Positions 6,996 through 17,051 of a DNA stretch of 25,156 bases are shown here, piece after piece (within the stretch, counting starts at the first letter, position 1; each line of letters begins with the position of its first letter). This stretch comes from Dehalococcoidia bacterium (lineage in GTDB: Bacteria > Chloroflexota > Dehalococcoidia > E44-bin15), in NCBI GenBank assembly GCA_030619615.1, contig JAUXBC010000001.1:1-25156 (forward strand), read 5' to 3'. The notes beneath the pieces were generated by a model. It did not search any database and was not told the DNA's origin. It saw only the letters and a list, made by a program, of their open reading frames with translations. Position numbers and translations under genes: made by a program.

Positions 6996-7804
6996 GCGCC
7001 CTCCCTTTTCTCGCTTTTGATCTCTGCAACGGGAAATTCCACCCTGGCCTCGCTCTCCAGCTGCACGATCACCGTCTCCTTTAAGGGGTTTCCCCCCACC
7101 ACAGCGGCTACCCCCAGGGGGGTGATGACCCGCTGACCGATGGCAGGGAGCTTCTGCTTCATGAGCCTGTATTGCTCGCACTCATGGCTCAAACAGCACA
7201 CGAGCCTTCCGCAGACCCCGGAGATCTTCATCGGGTTAAGCGGTAGCTCCTGCTCCTTAGCCATTCTTATGGAGACGGGATTGAACTCGGAGAGGTATGT
7301 GGTGCAGCATAAAGGGCGACCGCATCGACCGAAGCCCCCCAAAAGCTTCGCCTCATCGCGAGGTCCCACCTGGCGAAGTTCGATGCGGGTCTTAAAGATG
7401 GTGGTGAGCTCCTTTAGCAGGTCACGGAAGTCCACCCTTCCCTCAGCGCTGAAGAAGAAGGTGAGCCGAGTGCCATCAAGGTTGTACTCCGCGGAGAGGA
7501 GCTTCATAGGCAGATTGAATCGGGCGATCATCTCCTGGCACTGCCCCAGCGCCTCCCTCTCTTTGCCCCTAGACTCGTCCCGCTTCGTGAGGTCCTCCTC
7601 ACTTGCCTTGCGCAGCACCGGTTTTAGGGGCTCGATTATCTCGCTGGCCAGCACCTGCTTCGGGGAGATGACCACCTTGCCTAGCTCAAGGCCGCGCCCA
7701 GTCTCCACCACAACCCAGTCATCCAGGTTTATCTCAATGCCCGCTGGGTCAAAGTAATAGACTCGCCCTGCTCTCTTGAATCGAACGCCAACTACCTCTG
7801 TCAT
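6992..7804 (-). CDS. ricT: PSP1-domain protein RicT/YaaT (stage 0 sporulation family)
   Basis: VVGVRFKRAGRVYYF, FFFSAEGRVDFRDL, RIELRQVGPRDEAK, CGRPLCC, KISGVCGRLVCCL. holB-yaaT synteny as in Bacillota. Confidence 0.88.
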   Translation of the reverse strand: MTEVVGVRFKRAGRVYYFDPAGIEINLDDWVVVETGRGLELGKVVISPKQVLASEIIEPLKPVLRKASEEDLTKRDESRGKEREALGQCQEMIARFNLPMKLLSAEYNLDGTRLTFFFSAEGRVDFRDLLKELTTIFKTRIELRQVGPRDEAKLLGGFGRCGRPLCCTTYLSEFNPVSIRMAKEQELPLNPMKISGVCGRLVCCLSHECEQYRLMKQKLPAIGQRVITPLGVAAVVGGNPLKETVIVQLESEARVEFPVAEIKSEKREGA

Positions 7805-7807
7805 ATC

Positions 7808-8812
7808 TTAAAAGGTCTTAGCCTCCTCCTTTCCTTTTGGTATGGCTAGCATGAGAACCTCCAGCACCAGGCGAGGATTAGCATTCTGGTCCAGTTGCTC
7901 CATCGCCCGCTGAAGGCTCTCTGCAAACCCTTTGATCTCCCCCAAACGATAACCCTCCGCCTCATCATAAAGCTTCGCCTCTTGGTCCACATTAGTAATG
8001 GAATTGCCACATCCCCCTTTGATCAACATAAGGTCACGCCACCAACCAAGCCATAGAGAGAGCACCTCCTGGACCGATTCCCTATCTCTGCTGAACTGGT
8101 TTGCCAGCTGGGCGGCGTAAGCGAAGCGCTCCTCTCGCCCTGCGACAGCAAGATGGCGAAGTGCGGTGAGCCTCTCCGCTCGCTCGCTGAGGAGCCCTTC
8201 ATCAGCGAAGGCAGCCACCGCCCAGCCCAGGCAACCGCATGAGAGCCTGGCCACAACCCTTGCCTGCTCAACGGGGACTCCCCAGCGATGGCTGAGCGCC
8301 TGTTCTATAACAGGGGTGGGAAGCGGTCCTAGCTCCAGCTTTTGACAGCGGGAGACCACCGTGGGCAGAAGCAGCCTTTCATTTACGGCGAGCAGGATTA
8401 GTTGGACATTTGGCGGTGGCTCCTCCAGGGTCTTAAGCAGGCAGTTTGCCGCCTCGTGGGAGAGATGGTCGGCGCCATCGATGATAAAAACCCGATTCCT
8501 CCCCTCGAAGGGCTTGAGGCTGGCGGCATGCTGCATCTCCCTGATCTGGTCGATGCCGATCTCCATCCTGCCATCGAGTCCGATCACCTGGACATCGGCA
8601 TGTTTTCGCTCTGCGATCCTTCGGCATTGAGGGCACTCCCCGCAGGGCCTTTCCTCGCCCTGGCAGTTGAGCGCCTGGGCCAGATTCATCGCCAGGGTCA
8701 TCTTGCCCACATGGGGGGGACCGACAAAGAGGTAGGCATGGGATAGTTTTCCGCCCCTCAGGCTCTTTTCCAATAGCGCCACTGCTTTCTCATGTCCCAT
8801 TACTTGCCACAT
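7808..8812 (-). CDS. holB: DNA polymerase III subunit delta'
   Basis: HAYLFVGPPHVGKMT, Zn finger C...PCGECPQC, HADVQVI, ANCLLKTLEEPP, LLPTVVSRCQ. Confidence 0.92.
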   Translation of the reverse strand: MWQVMGHEKAVALLEKSLRGGKLSHAYLFVGPPHVGKMTLAMNLAQALNCQGEERPCGECPQCRRIAERKHADVQVIGLDGRMEIGIDQIREMQHAASLKPFEGRNRVFIIDGADHLSHEAANCLLKTLEEPPPNVQLILLAVNERLLLPTVVSRCQKLELGPLPTPVIEQALSHRWGVPVEQARVVARLSCGCLGWAVAAFADEGLLSERAERLTALRHLAVAGREERFAYAAQLANQFSRDRESVQEVLSLWLGWWRDLMLIKGGCGNSITNVDQEAKLYDEAEGYRLGEIKGFAESLQRAMEQLDQNANPRLVLEVLMLAIPKGKEEAKTF

Positions 8813-8824
8813 AGCTTCTTTCCT

Positions 8825-10129
8825 CTATACCAGATCATGGCTCATCAAATCCTCATAGCTCTCGCGGCGCCTGATGAGGCGCGCCTGGCCATCCTTAACG
8901 AACACGATGGCCGGCTTTAGCGAGGCATTATAATTTGAGGCCATAGAAAGGCAATAGGCGCCCGAGCAGGGGATGGCGATGATGTCGCCGGGGGCAACTT
9001 TGGGCAGGTCGATGTCCTCGATGAGGATGTCGCCCGATTCGCAGAATTTTCCCGCAATGGTGACCCGCTCCAGATCTTCCTCCTCTACTTTATTGGCTAC
9101 CACCGCCTCGTATCTGGCGCCATAGAGGGCAGGGCGGATGTTGTCTGCCATTCCCCCATCCACGGAGACATATTTTCGCAAACTGGGGATCTCTTTCGTG
9201 GCCCCCACGGTGTAAAGGGCCACCCCCGCCTGCCCCACAATGGACCTCCCCGGCTCTACGACAAGCCTTGGCGGCTCAAGGCCGAGATCCCTGCTTTTTT
9301 CAAGGAGCGTCGATGAGATGACCTCGGCAAATTCGGCGATGGTGGGAGCGGGGGAATCCTCGGCATAGGATATAGCGAGCCCTCCCCCGGGGCTGAATTC
9401 TTCGAACTTAAAGCTATATTTACTTCTCATCTCGGCGGCAAAACGCAATACGATCTCCATCGCCTCTCGATATGATTCCAACTCAAAAATCTGTGAGCCG
9501 ATGTGAAAGTGGAATCCGATAAGTTCGAAATAAGAGGATGACATCGTCCTGGTCAGGGCCTCCTCCGCCTCGGCCATGGGAAAGCCAAATTTGCTCTCGA
9601 TAATCCCTGTGGTGATATGGGCATGGGTATGCGGGTCCACCCCCGGGGAGAGGCGGAGGAGGCCCTCTTGGCTTACCCCTGCCTCCTTTGCTACCTCATC
9701 GAGTAGGGAAAGCTCGAAGAAATTGTCCACTACGATGCGACCAACCCCCCACCCGATGGCCTGCTCCAGTTCCCGCCGCGACTTATTGTTTCCATGAAAA
9801 TAGACCCGCTCCATGGGGAAACCTACAGATTTGGCGATGGCAAGCTCCCCTCCAGATACCACATCGAGACCCAAGCCCTCTTCCTTAAAAATCTGCGCCA
9901 GAGCTCGGTTGATGAAGGCTTTACAGGCGTAGATCACCAGGGTATCGGGGTAACGCCGAGCAAACTCCTCCCAATACTCGGCGCACCTTCCCCTTAAGGT
10001 GGCCTCGTCAAAGACATAGAGCGGCGTGCCAAATTCAGCGGCCAACGCCACGCTGTCGCACCCTCCGAGAAGGAGATGATTTTTGCTATTGACGGCAGCG
10101 GTTTTAGGGAATAGGGAAATTCTCGGCAT
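8825..10129 (-). CDS. lysA: Diaminopimelate decarboxylase
   Basis: GTPLYVFDE, PLP lysine YACKAF, DVVSGGEL, SKFG, HFHIGSQI, EPGRSIV, GKFCESGD, GAYCLSMASNYN. Confidence 0.95.
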   Translation of the reverse strand: MPRISLFPKTAAVNSKNHLLLGGCDSVALAAEFGTPLYVFDEATLRGRCAEYWEEFARRYPDTLVIYACKAFINRALAQIFKEEGLGLDVVSGGELAIAKSVGFPMERVYFHGNNKSRRELEQAIGWGVGRIVVDNFFELSLLDEVAKEAGVSQEGLLRLSPGVDPHTHAHITTGIIESKFGFPMAEAEEALTRTMSSSYFELIGFHFHIGSQIFELESYREAMEIVLRFAAEMRSKYSFKFEEFSPGGGLAISYAEDSPAPTIAEFAEVISSTLLEKSRDLGLEPPRLVVEPGRSIVGQAGVALYTVGATKEIPSLRKYVSVDGGMADNIRPALYGARYEAVVANKVEEEDLERVTIAGKFCESGDILIEDIDLPKVAPGDIIAIPCSGAYCLSMASNYNASLKPAIVFVKDGQARLIRRRESYEDLMSHDLV

Positions 10130-10150
10130 TTCTCCCTCTTTGAATGGGGG

Positions 10151-10966
10151 CTAATTGATGATGTAACGGGCGTCCTCTCCCGTTCCCAGTGAGGATACCT
10201 TCCCCTCCCGCTCTAGCTTCATCAGATGAGCGAGAACCTGTCCCCTGGCTGCTTCAATGAGGCGGCTGTCCAGCTCGGGGTATATACCGGCCACCAGCTC
10301 CTTCACCGTTGCCTTCCCCTGCCTCAAGCCACCGATTACCTGCTCCTCTCGCTCCAGGCGATGCTGGATCAGCTCCTCAAGCTTTCGCCTCGCCTCCCTT
10401 ATCGGTGGGCCATGTCCGGGGCAGATCATTTGAATATCATAATCGAGGAGCTTCCTCAGGGAATCGATATACAGGGCCATATCACCCTCAGGCGGCCTCA
10501 TCGCCGTGGTGCCCATGCCCAGAACATGATCCCCGGAGAAGAGGATCCTCTCCTCTTTGAGGTAAATACAGACATGCCCTGGGCTGTGCCCCGGGGTATG
10601 GATCACCTCCAGCCTAACGCCATCGAGAGCTAAGGTATCGCCATCCTCCACTACCTTATCCGCCGAGATGATCGCCTGCCTAGCCTCGGCGGGGTGGAGG
10701 ACGATCTCCGCCCCCGTCTCCTCCTTGATCCTCGCTGCGCCCCCTATGTGATCTGGGTGAGCATGGGTGACCACGATATAGGGTAGCCTGCGCTGCTCAA
10801 AGCCCTTTACATAATCTACCCTGGAGCTAATCGACCCTTCATCGCCATATCCTGAGTCGATAAGTGCCCCCTCCCTACCGACCACAAGATAGACATTGGG
10901 CGCGAAAAAGCCCATGAAGGGCCCGGCCCCCACTGGGATGGAGTGCACACCAGGGACGATCTCCAT
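10151..10966 (-). CDS. Metallo-beta-lactamase-fold hydrolase with C-terminal winged-helix extension (LACTB2-like architecture)
   Basis: THAHPDHIGG, HTPGHSPGH, FSGDHVLG, CPGHG metal ligands; HRLEREEQV...YPEL...QVLAHLMKLEREGKV tail. Start moved to ATG 10966 because the longer ORF runs through the predicted promoter. Confidence 0.85.
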   Translation of the reverse strand: MEIVPGVHSIPVGAGPFMGFFAPNVYLVVGREGALIDSGYGDEGSISSRVDYVKGFEQRRLPYIVVTHAHPDHIGGAARIKEETGAEIVLHPAEARQAIISADKVVEDGDTLALDGVRLEVIHTPGHSPGHVCIYLKEERILFSGDHVLGMGTTAMRPPEGDMALYIDSLRKLLDYDIQMICPGHGPPIREARRKLEELIQHRLEREEQVIGGLRQGKATVKELVAGIYPELDSRLIEAARGQVLAHLMKLEREGKVSSLGTGEDARYIIN

Positions 10967-11003
10967 TATTCGCTCTTTAGGCCATTTTAGGTGTTGTCCT
11001 AGC

Positions 11004-11032
11004 ATATTAGCAATTGAGTGGGACAAAGTCAA
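11004..11032 (-). promoter_or_regulatory. sigma70-type promoter for MBL-lysA-holB-ricT
   Basis: Minus strand TTGACT (11032-11027), 17 nt, TAATAT (11009-11004). Confidence 0.7.
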
Positions 11033-11043
11033 CAGCGATTAAG

Positions 11044-11072
11044 TTGACAGGGGTAGGGGATGTCGCTAGAAT
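11044..11072 (+). promoter_or_regulatory. sigma70-type promoter for the M16 peptidase
   Basis: TTGACA (11044-11049), 17 nt, TAGAAT (11067-11072). SD GAGGTG at 11079-11084. Confidence 0.82.
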
Positions 11073-11088
11073 TTGGCTGAGGTGCGAG

Positions 11089-12351
11089 TTGTATCAAAAG
11101 AGCGTTTTGGAAAACGGGCTACGCATCATCACTAGCTCCATGCCCTATACATATTCCGTGTGTATCATGATCTTTATCGGCGCCGGCTCGCGCTACGAAG
11201 GGGCGGAGGAGGTGGGGAGCTCCCACTTCATTGAGCATCTCTGTTTTAAGGGGACGGAACGGCGAGCCACCTCAAAGGAGATCTCCGAGGCCATCGAGGG
11301 GGTTGGCGGCATGCTCAACGGGGGCACCGATAAGGAGCTCACCGTCTACTGGTGCAAGGTAGCCCGCCCTCACTTCCTGCTCGCCTTAGACTTAATGGTC
11401 GATATGCTGAGAAATTCCAGGTTCGATGCCCAGGACATGGAGAGGGAACGCCAGATAATCATCGAGGAGCTAAATATGAGCATGGATTCTCCCCCTCAGC
11501 GGGTGAATATTCTTATCGATGAGGTTATCTGGCCCAACCAGCCCCTGGGGCGGGATGTCGCCGGGAGCAAGGAAACGGTAGCTGCCCTCAGTCGGGAGAT
11601 GCTCCTCGAATACCTGAGCCGCCAATATGTGGCCAATAACACTGTGGTCAGCGTTGCCGGCGACATAGGCGATGAGGAGGTATTGGCCAGCCTGAGCAGT
11701 GTCTTCGGCGACTGGACTACGGGGACACTGCAGCCCCCCTTTCCCGCTGAGGAAAGCCAGGATGAACCCCGCCTCCATATTGAGCACAGGGACACGGAGC
11801 AAGCCCATCTCTGCCTTTCGCTGCGCGGCCTATCTACCTTCCACCCCGATCGGTTCAACCTCGACCTGCTTAACGTGATCCTGGGGGAGGGGATGAGCAG
11901 CCGTCTATTTCTGGAGATTCGTGAGAGGAGGGGGCTTGCCTACGACATCCATAGCTATGTGGATCATTTCCTCGATTCAGGCGCGGTTACCATCTATGCT
12001 GGGGTTGATCCAAAGCGTGTCGATGCCACTATTGAGGCGATCCTGGAGGAGCTGCGTCGCCTTAAAGATGGAGTCCCTGCCCTTGAGCTGGCTAAGGCTA
12101 AGGAGCTGGCTAAGGGACGCCTGCTACTACGCATGGAGGACACCAGGAACGTTGCCGGCTGGATGGGGGGTCAGGAGCTTTTGACGGGGCGCATCCTCAC
12201 TGCGGATGAGGTAGTCTCCATAATCGATGCCATCACCCCTGAAGACCTAGAGCGGGTGGCACGAGATCTGTTCATCACTGAGAAGCTCAATCTAGCTATT
12301 GTTGGTCCCATCGCTGGCGGGGACCGCCTGGGGAGCCTGCTCCAGCTTTAG
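11089..12351 (+). CDS. M16 (pitrilysin/insulinase) family zinc peptidase
   Basis: Inverted Zn motif HFIEHLCFKGT, LNGGTDKE, ILGEGMSSRLFLEIRERRGLAYDI. TTG start 11089 (MYQKSVLENG) with SD and its own promoter. Confidence 0.92.
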   Translation: MYQKSVLENGLRIITSSMPYTYSVCIMIFIGAGSRYEGAEEVGSSHFIEHLCFKGTERRATSKEISEAIEGVGGMLNGGTDKELTVYWCKVARPHFLLALDLMVDMLRNSRFDAQDMERERQIIIEELNMSMDSPPQRVNILIDEVIWPNQPLGRDVAGSKETVAALSREMLLEYLSRQYVANNTVVSVAGDIGDEEVLASLSSVFGDWTTGTLQPPFPAEESQDEPRLHIEHRDTEQAHLCLSLRGLSTFHPDRFNLDLLNVILGEGMSSRLFLEIRERRGLAYDIHSYVDHFLDSGAVTIYAGVDPKRVDATIEAILEELRRLKDGVPALELAKAKELAKGRLLLRMEDTRNVAGWMGGQELLTGRILTADEVVSIIDAITPEDLERVARDLFITEKLNLAIVGPIAGGDRLGSLLQL

Positions 12352-14543
12352 CGGGGTGGGATCACTACCTCGACGCCAGCCTCGTTTTCGGCTATTTTGA
12401 AGCTGGTATCCTCATCATGTCTTTCAAAGTAGAGATCCACGGTTCCTTTGCCGATTCGAAGGTTGCGCACCGAGGCGTGCTCCAACCAACTGGGCAACTT
12501 TGGGGTTAGGTAAAGCCTCTTTGAGGCGGCATCCACCTGAAGCCCAAGCATCGACTGGAAGAGGAGGATAGCACTCCCTGCAGCCCAAGCCTGGGGGCTC
12601 GAGCTTACCGGATACTCTGCGGGGACGGAGTAGGCCTCTCGGTCGCGGGCGAAACCACAGAAGAGATCGGGGAAACGACTGTATCTAAAAAAAAGGCTGG
12701 CCTGGAAAAGCTGTGAGGTTATCTCCTCCGCCTCCCAGTGGTAGCCGTAGCGCCTCATCCCGGCCACGACAAGGGAGTTATCATGGGGCCAGATGCTCCC
12801 GTTGTGATAGCTCATGGGGTTGAATCTTGATGCCCTGCTGCTTACCGTTCTGATGCCCCAGCCACTGGCCATATCGGCTGAGGTGAGGCGCAGCACCAGA
12901 TACCTCGCCCTATCCTCATCCACAATATCGCAGAAGAGGCAGTGCCCCGGGTTTGAGGTGATCGTCTCCACAGGTCTCTTACTGGAATCGAGCCCTTGGG
13001 CGAAGAAGCGCTTTTCATCAAGCCAGAAGTCCCTGTTGAAGTTCTCCTTGAGCAGGGCAGCCCTTTCAGTTAGCTCATCGGCAAGGGAGGCCTCTCCCTT
13101 TCGGCGCAATAGCAGGGCCATCTCCCGCATCGCCCTATAGGCATAGCCCTGCACCTCGCTAAGGGCCAGGGGAGGCTCGGCAGGGGTGCCATCGGGGTGG
13201 GTTATGGAAAACCTGCTATCTTTCCACCCCTGGTTTCTAAGACCCCCTGAGGAGCGGGTAAGGTATTCCAGGTAGCCGTCGCCATCCAGGTCGCCGTAGC
13301 GCTCCATCCACTCCAGGGCCTGCTTTGCTGCAGGCAGAATCTCCTGGTACAAGCGATCATCGTCCAGCCACTTCATGGTCTCGGCAAAGAGGATCAGGAA
13401 AAGGGGGGTGGCGTCCACGCTACCATAGTAGGCACCATGGGGGATCTCCCCCAGCCTTGCCAGCTCCCCCTTGCGCATCTCGTGAAGGATCTTTCCCGGC
13501 TCCTCGTCGCGCCAGGGGTCGACCTTCCTTCCCTGGTGTTTCGCCAAAAAGCGCAGCGTGCCCACAGCGATCTGGGGATTGAGCATCAGCGTCTGAAGCG
13601 AGGTGATCAAGCTATCACGGCCGAAGATGCAGGCGAACCAAGGTACGCCTGCGGCGGGCACCGGCCCCTCAGGGGTCGGCTCCGTGAGCAGGCGGAGGTC
13701 GAGGGCACTCCTCTCCAGTAGCTGGTTAAAGAGCTGGTTGTCTGTTTCCAGTCTGGTGCACTGGCTGAGCCAATCCTGATAGGAGTTGCGCAAATCGGCT
13801 AGGCTCTTGTCGAAGGCCTGCGCCATAGGGGTAAGCTCCCCCTCGCTGACGAGGATGTGAAAGGTGATGGAGATGGGTTCCCCTGGCATCAGCGTTAAGT
13901 CCCAGCTTACCTGGGCACAACTGGGATGGTAAACTGTCATGGTGGCGGTCTCTGTGGCTTCGGGGAGGAAGGTGCTGGAGCGGCGAAGCACAGGCTGGGC
14001 GGGGCGCTCCTCGACCTCTGCCCTTGATGGGGTGACCTCGAAAAGGACCTGGGTGCGCCGCCTCACCCCATCCAGGCCCACATAGCCTAGGGTCAAACGG
14101 GAACCGGCGAGTGTTGGCCGGCTGAGCGTGCCCCGTCTCTCTCTTTCCCAGCCACGGACCTCAAAGACGTCGCAGAAGTCGCTGCCGAAGGTGAGGGTGA
14201 ACTGGAGGGGAACGGGAAAGGGGTTGTGGTTATAGAAGCTGACCCGCTCGTGTAACCCCTGTTTAAGGAAGCGGCTTCGCCTGATGCCGACCGTCCTTGC
14301 CAGGGCGGTGTTGCCATCGGGAAGCTCTATGGTGGGGTTTGCTAGCTGGATGTCGCAGACATAGTTCTGCTCGCTGGAGGAGGAGAGGAGCCTCGGCCTC
14401 TGCCCATTTATCGTCATCTCGAAGATGGAGAGGTAGCGCATATCGCGGTAATAAAGGCCGAGACGGCGGCGCCCCTCAGGCATATCCCCCTGCTCATCGC
14501 TCACCATCACCAGCTCATCTTCCTTTAGAACATGTTCCTCCAA
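12348..14543 (-). CDS. Amylo-alpha-1,6-glucosidase / glycogen-debranching-like (alpha/alpha)6 glycoside hydrolase
   Basis: N-terminal GLYYRDMRYLS domain; AGVPWFACIFGRDSLI, EEPGKILHE, YYGSVDATPLF, NQGWKDS, YHNGSIWPHDN, SSSPQAWAAGS. TTG start with SD AAAGGGTGA. Confidence 0.85.
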   Translation of the reverse strand: MEEHVLKEDELVMVSDEQGDMPEGRRRLGLYYRDMRYLSIFEMTINGQRPRLLSSSSEQNYVCDIQLANPTIELPDGNTALARTVGIRRSRFLKQGLHERVSFYNHNPFPVPLQFTLTFGSDFCDVFEVRGWERERRGTLSRPTLAGSRLTLGYVGLDGVRRRTQVLFEVTPSRAEVEERPAQPVLRRSSTFLPEATETATMTVYHPSCAQVSWDLTLMPGEPISITFHILVSEGELTPMAQAFDKSLADLRNSYQDWLSQCTRLETDNQLFNQLLERSALDLRLLTEPTPEGPVPAAGVPWFACIFGRDSLITSLQTLMLNPQIAVGTLRFLAKHQGRKVDPWRDEEPGKILHEMRKGELARLGEIPHGAYYGSVDATPLFLILFAETMKWLDDDRLYQEILPAAKQALEWMERYGDLDGDGYLEYLTRSSGGLRNQGWKDSRFSITHPDGTPAEPPLALSEVQGYAYRAMREMALLLRRKGEASLADELTERAALLKENFNRDFWLDEKRFFAQGLDSSKRPVETITSNPGHCLFCDIVDEDRARYLVLRLTSADMASGWGIRTVSSRASRFNPMSYHNGSIWPHDNSLVVAGMRRYGYHWEAEEITSQLFQASLFFRYSRFPDLFCGFARDREAYSVPAEYPVSSSPQAWAAGSAILLFQSMLGLQVDAASKRLYLTPKLPSWLEHASVRNLRIGKGTVDLYFERHDEDTSFKIAENEAGVEVVIPPR

Positions 14544-14557
14544 GGGTCACCCTTTCT

Positions 14558-14594
14558 AAGAAACCATAGCTGCGACCTAGAGGCCGCAGCTATG
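14558..14594 (-). terminator. Intrinsic terminator-like hairpin downstream of groL
   Basis: Minus strand CATAGCTGCGGCC-tcta-GGTCGCAGCTATG (13-bp stem with one G-U), followed by an interrupted U tract GTTTCTT. Confidence 0.65.
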
Positions 14595-14617
14595 TTACCC
14601 GAAACTCGGTTCAGCCT

Positions 14618-16524
<1,907 letters not shown>

Positions 16525-16557
16525 TGTTAACCTCCTCTGAAATTTGCTACTGGGTGA

Positions 16558-16584
16558 TTAGCACTCTCATGATGAGAGTGCTAA
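16558..16584. promoter_or_regulatory. CIRCE element (HrcA operator)
   Basis: Exact consensus TTAGCACTC-N9-GAGTGCTAA directly upstream of groS. Confidence 0.97.
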
Positions 16585-16586
16585 TC

Positions 16587-16615
16587 ATATTAGCCTACAT
16601 TGCCCGGCACCGCAA
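16587..16615 (-). promoter_or_regulatory. sigmaA-type promoter of groESL
   Basis: Minus strand TTGCGG (16615-16610), 17 nt, TAATAT (16592-16587), immediately upstream of CIRCE, the canonical arrangement. Confidence 0.65.
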
Positions 16616-16723
16616 GTGAGTATATGGTGTCTTATGGTCAGCGATAGGACTTGAAAGATATTTATACGCCTCAATTAACCCGCTTTTGTCCTTAAACTGG
16701 GCTTTTTCTCCCGAAAACGACCC

Positions 16724-16752
16724 TTGACATTATACACTTTAACGTGTAAAAT
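16724..16752 (+). promoter_or_regulatory. sigma70-type promoter of the XRE regulator gene (predicted leaderless mRNA)
   Basis: TTGACA (16724-16729), 17 nt, TAAAAT (16747-16752). GTG start 6 nt after the -10. Confidence 0.82.
16733..16748. promoter_or_regulatory. Putative operator copy 1, TACAC-N6-GTGTA
   Basis: TACAC-tttaac-GTGTA fills the spacer and overlaps the -10 of the XRE promoter. A second copy lies at 18221-18236. Confidence 0.62.
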
Positions 16753-16758
16753 GAAGGG

Positions 16759-17007
16759 GTGAGGGTGCCAAGGAGAAGGAAGAAGGCGAACTGGGATCGA
16801 GAGGGGATCCGTGCCCTGAGGCGGCATTTGGGGCTCACCCAGCAGGAGCTGGCAGAGGAGCTGGGGACGCGGCAGCAGACCGTTAGCGAGTGGGAGACCG
16901 GGATGTATCGGCCTCGGGGTGCCTCCTCGAGACTGCTCACCATCATTGCGGAGCGGGCTGGCTTTGGCTACGAGGTGGGTTCTGCGGAGGAAGGGGAGAA
17001 GACCTAG
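16759..17007 (+). CDS. XRE/Cro-like helix-turn-helix transcriptional regulator (single domain)
   Basis: IRALRRHLGLTQQELAEELGTRQQTVSEWETGMYRP is a classic HTH_3 motif. Alternative start GTG 16765. Confidence 0.9.
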   Translation: MRVPRRRKKANWDREGIRALRRHLGLTQQELAEELGTRQQTVSEWETGMYRPRGASSRLLTIIAERAGFGYEVGSAEEGEKT

Positions 17008-17051
17008 ATAACGAAGGTGATGGGGGGAGGTGCTGTCTGGAGGGGCTTAGT

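Noticed and set aside
7140-7757. 205-aa plus-strand ORF opposite ricT, and similar long antisense ORFs (3471-4070, 15044-15772, 17004-17636, 20015-20533, 21208-21726)
   Set aside because: They are codon-register shadows of strongly supported genes on the other strand in GC-rich DNA, with no motifs, SDs or promoters.
10967-11088. N-terminal extensions of the MBL (to 11032) and M16 (to 11014) ORFs that would make them overlap head-to-head
   Set aside because: The extensions run through clear promoter elements; downstream starts (10966, 11089) match the family N-termini.
14528-14539. AGAACATGTTCC as a LexA (GAAC-N4-GTTC) box
   Set aside because: Spacing is N2, not N4, and it lies inside the glucosidase coding sequence.
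16890-17051. 54-aa N-terminal extension of DUF72 overlapping the XRE gene
   Set aside because: Low-complexity sequence outside the domain; ATG 17052 has a good SD and starts the family motif.
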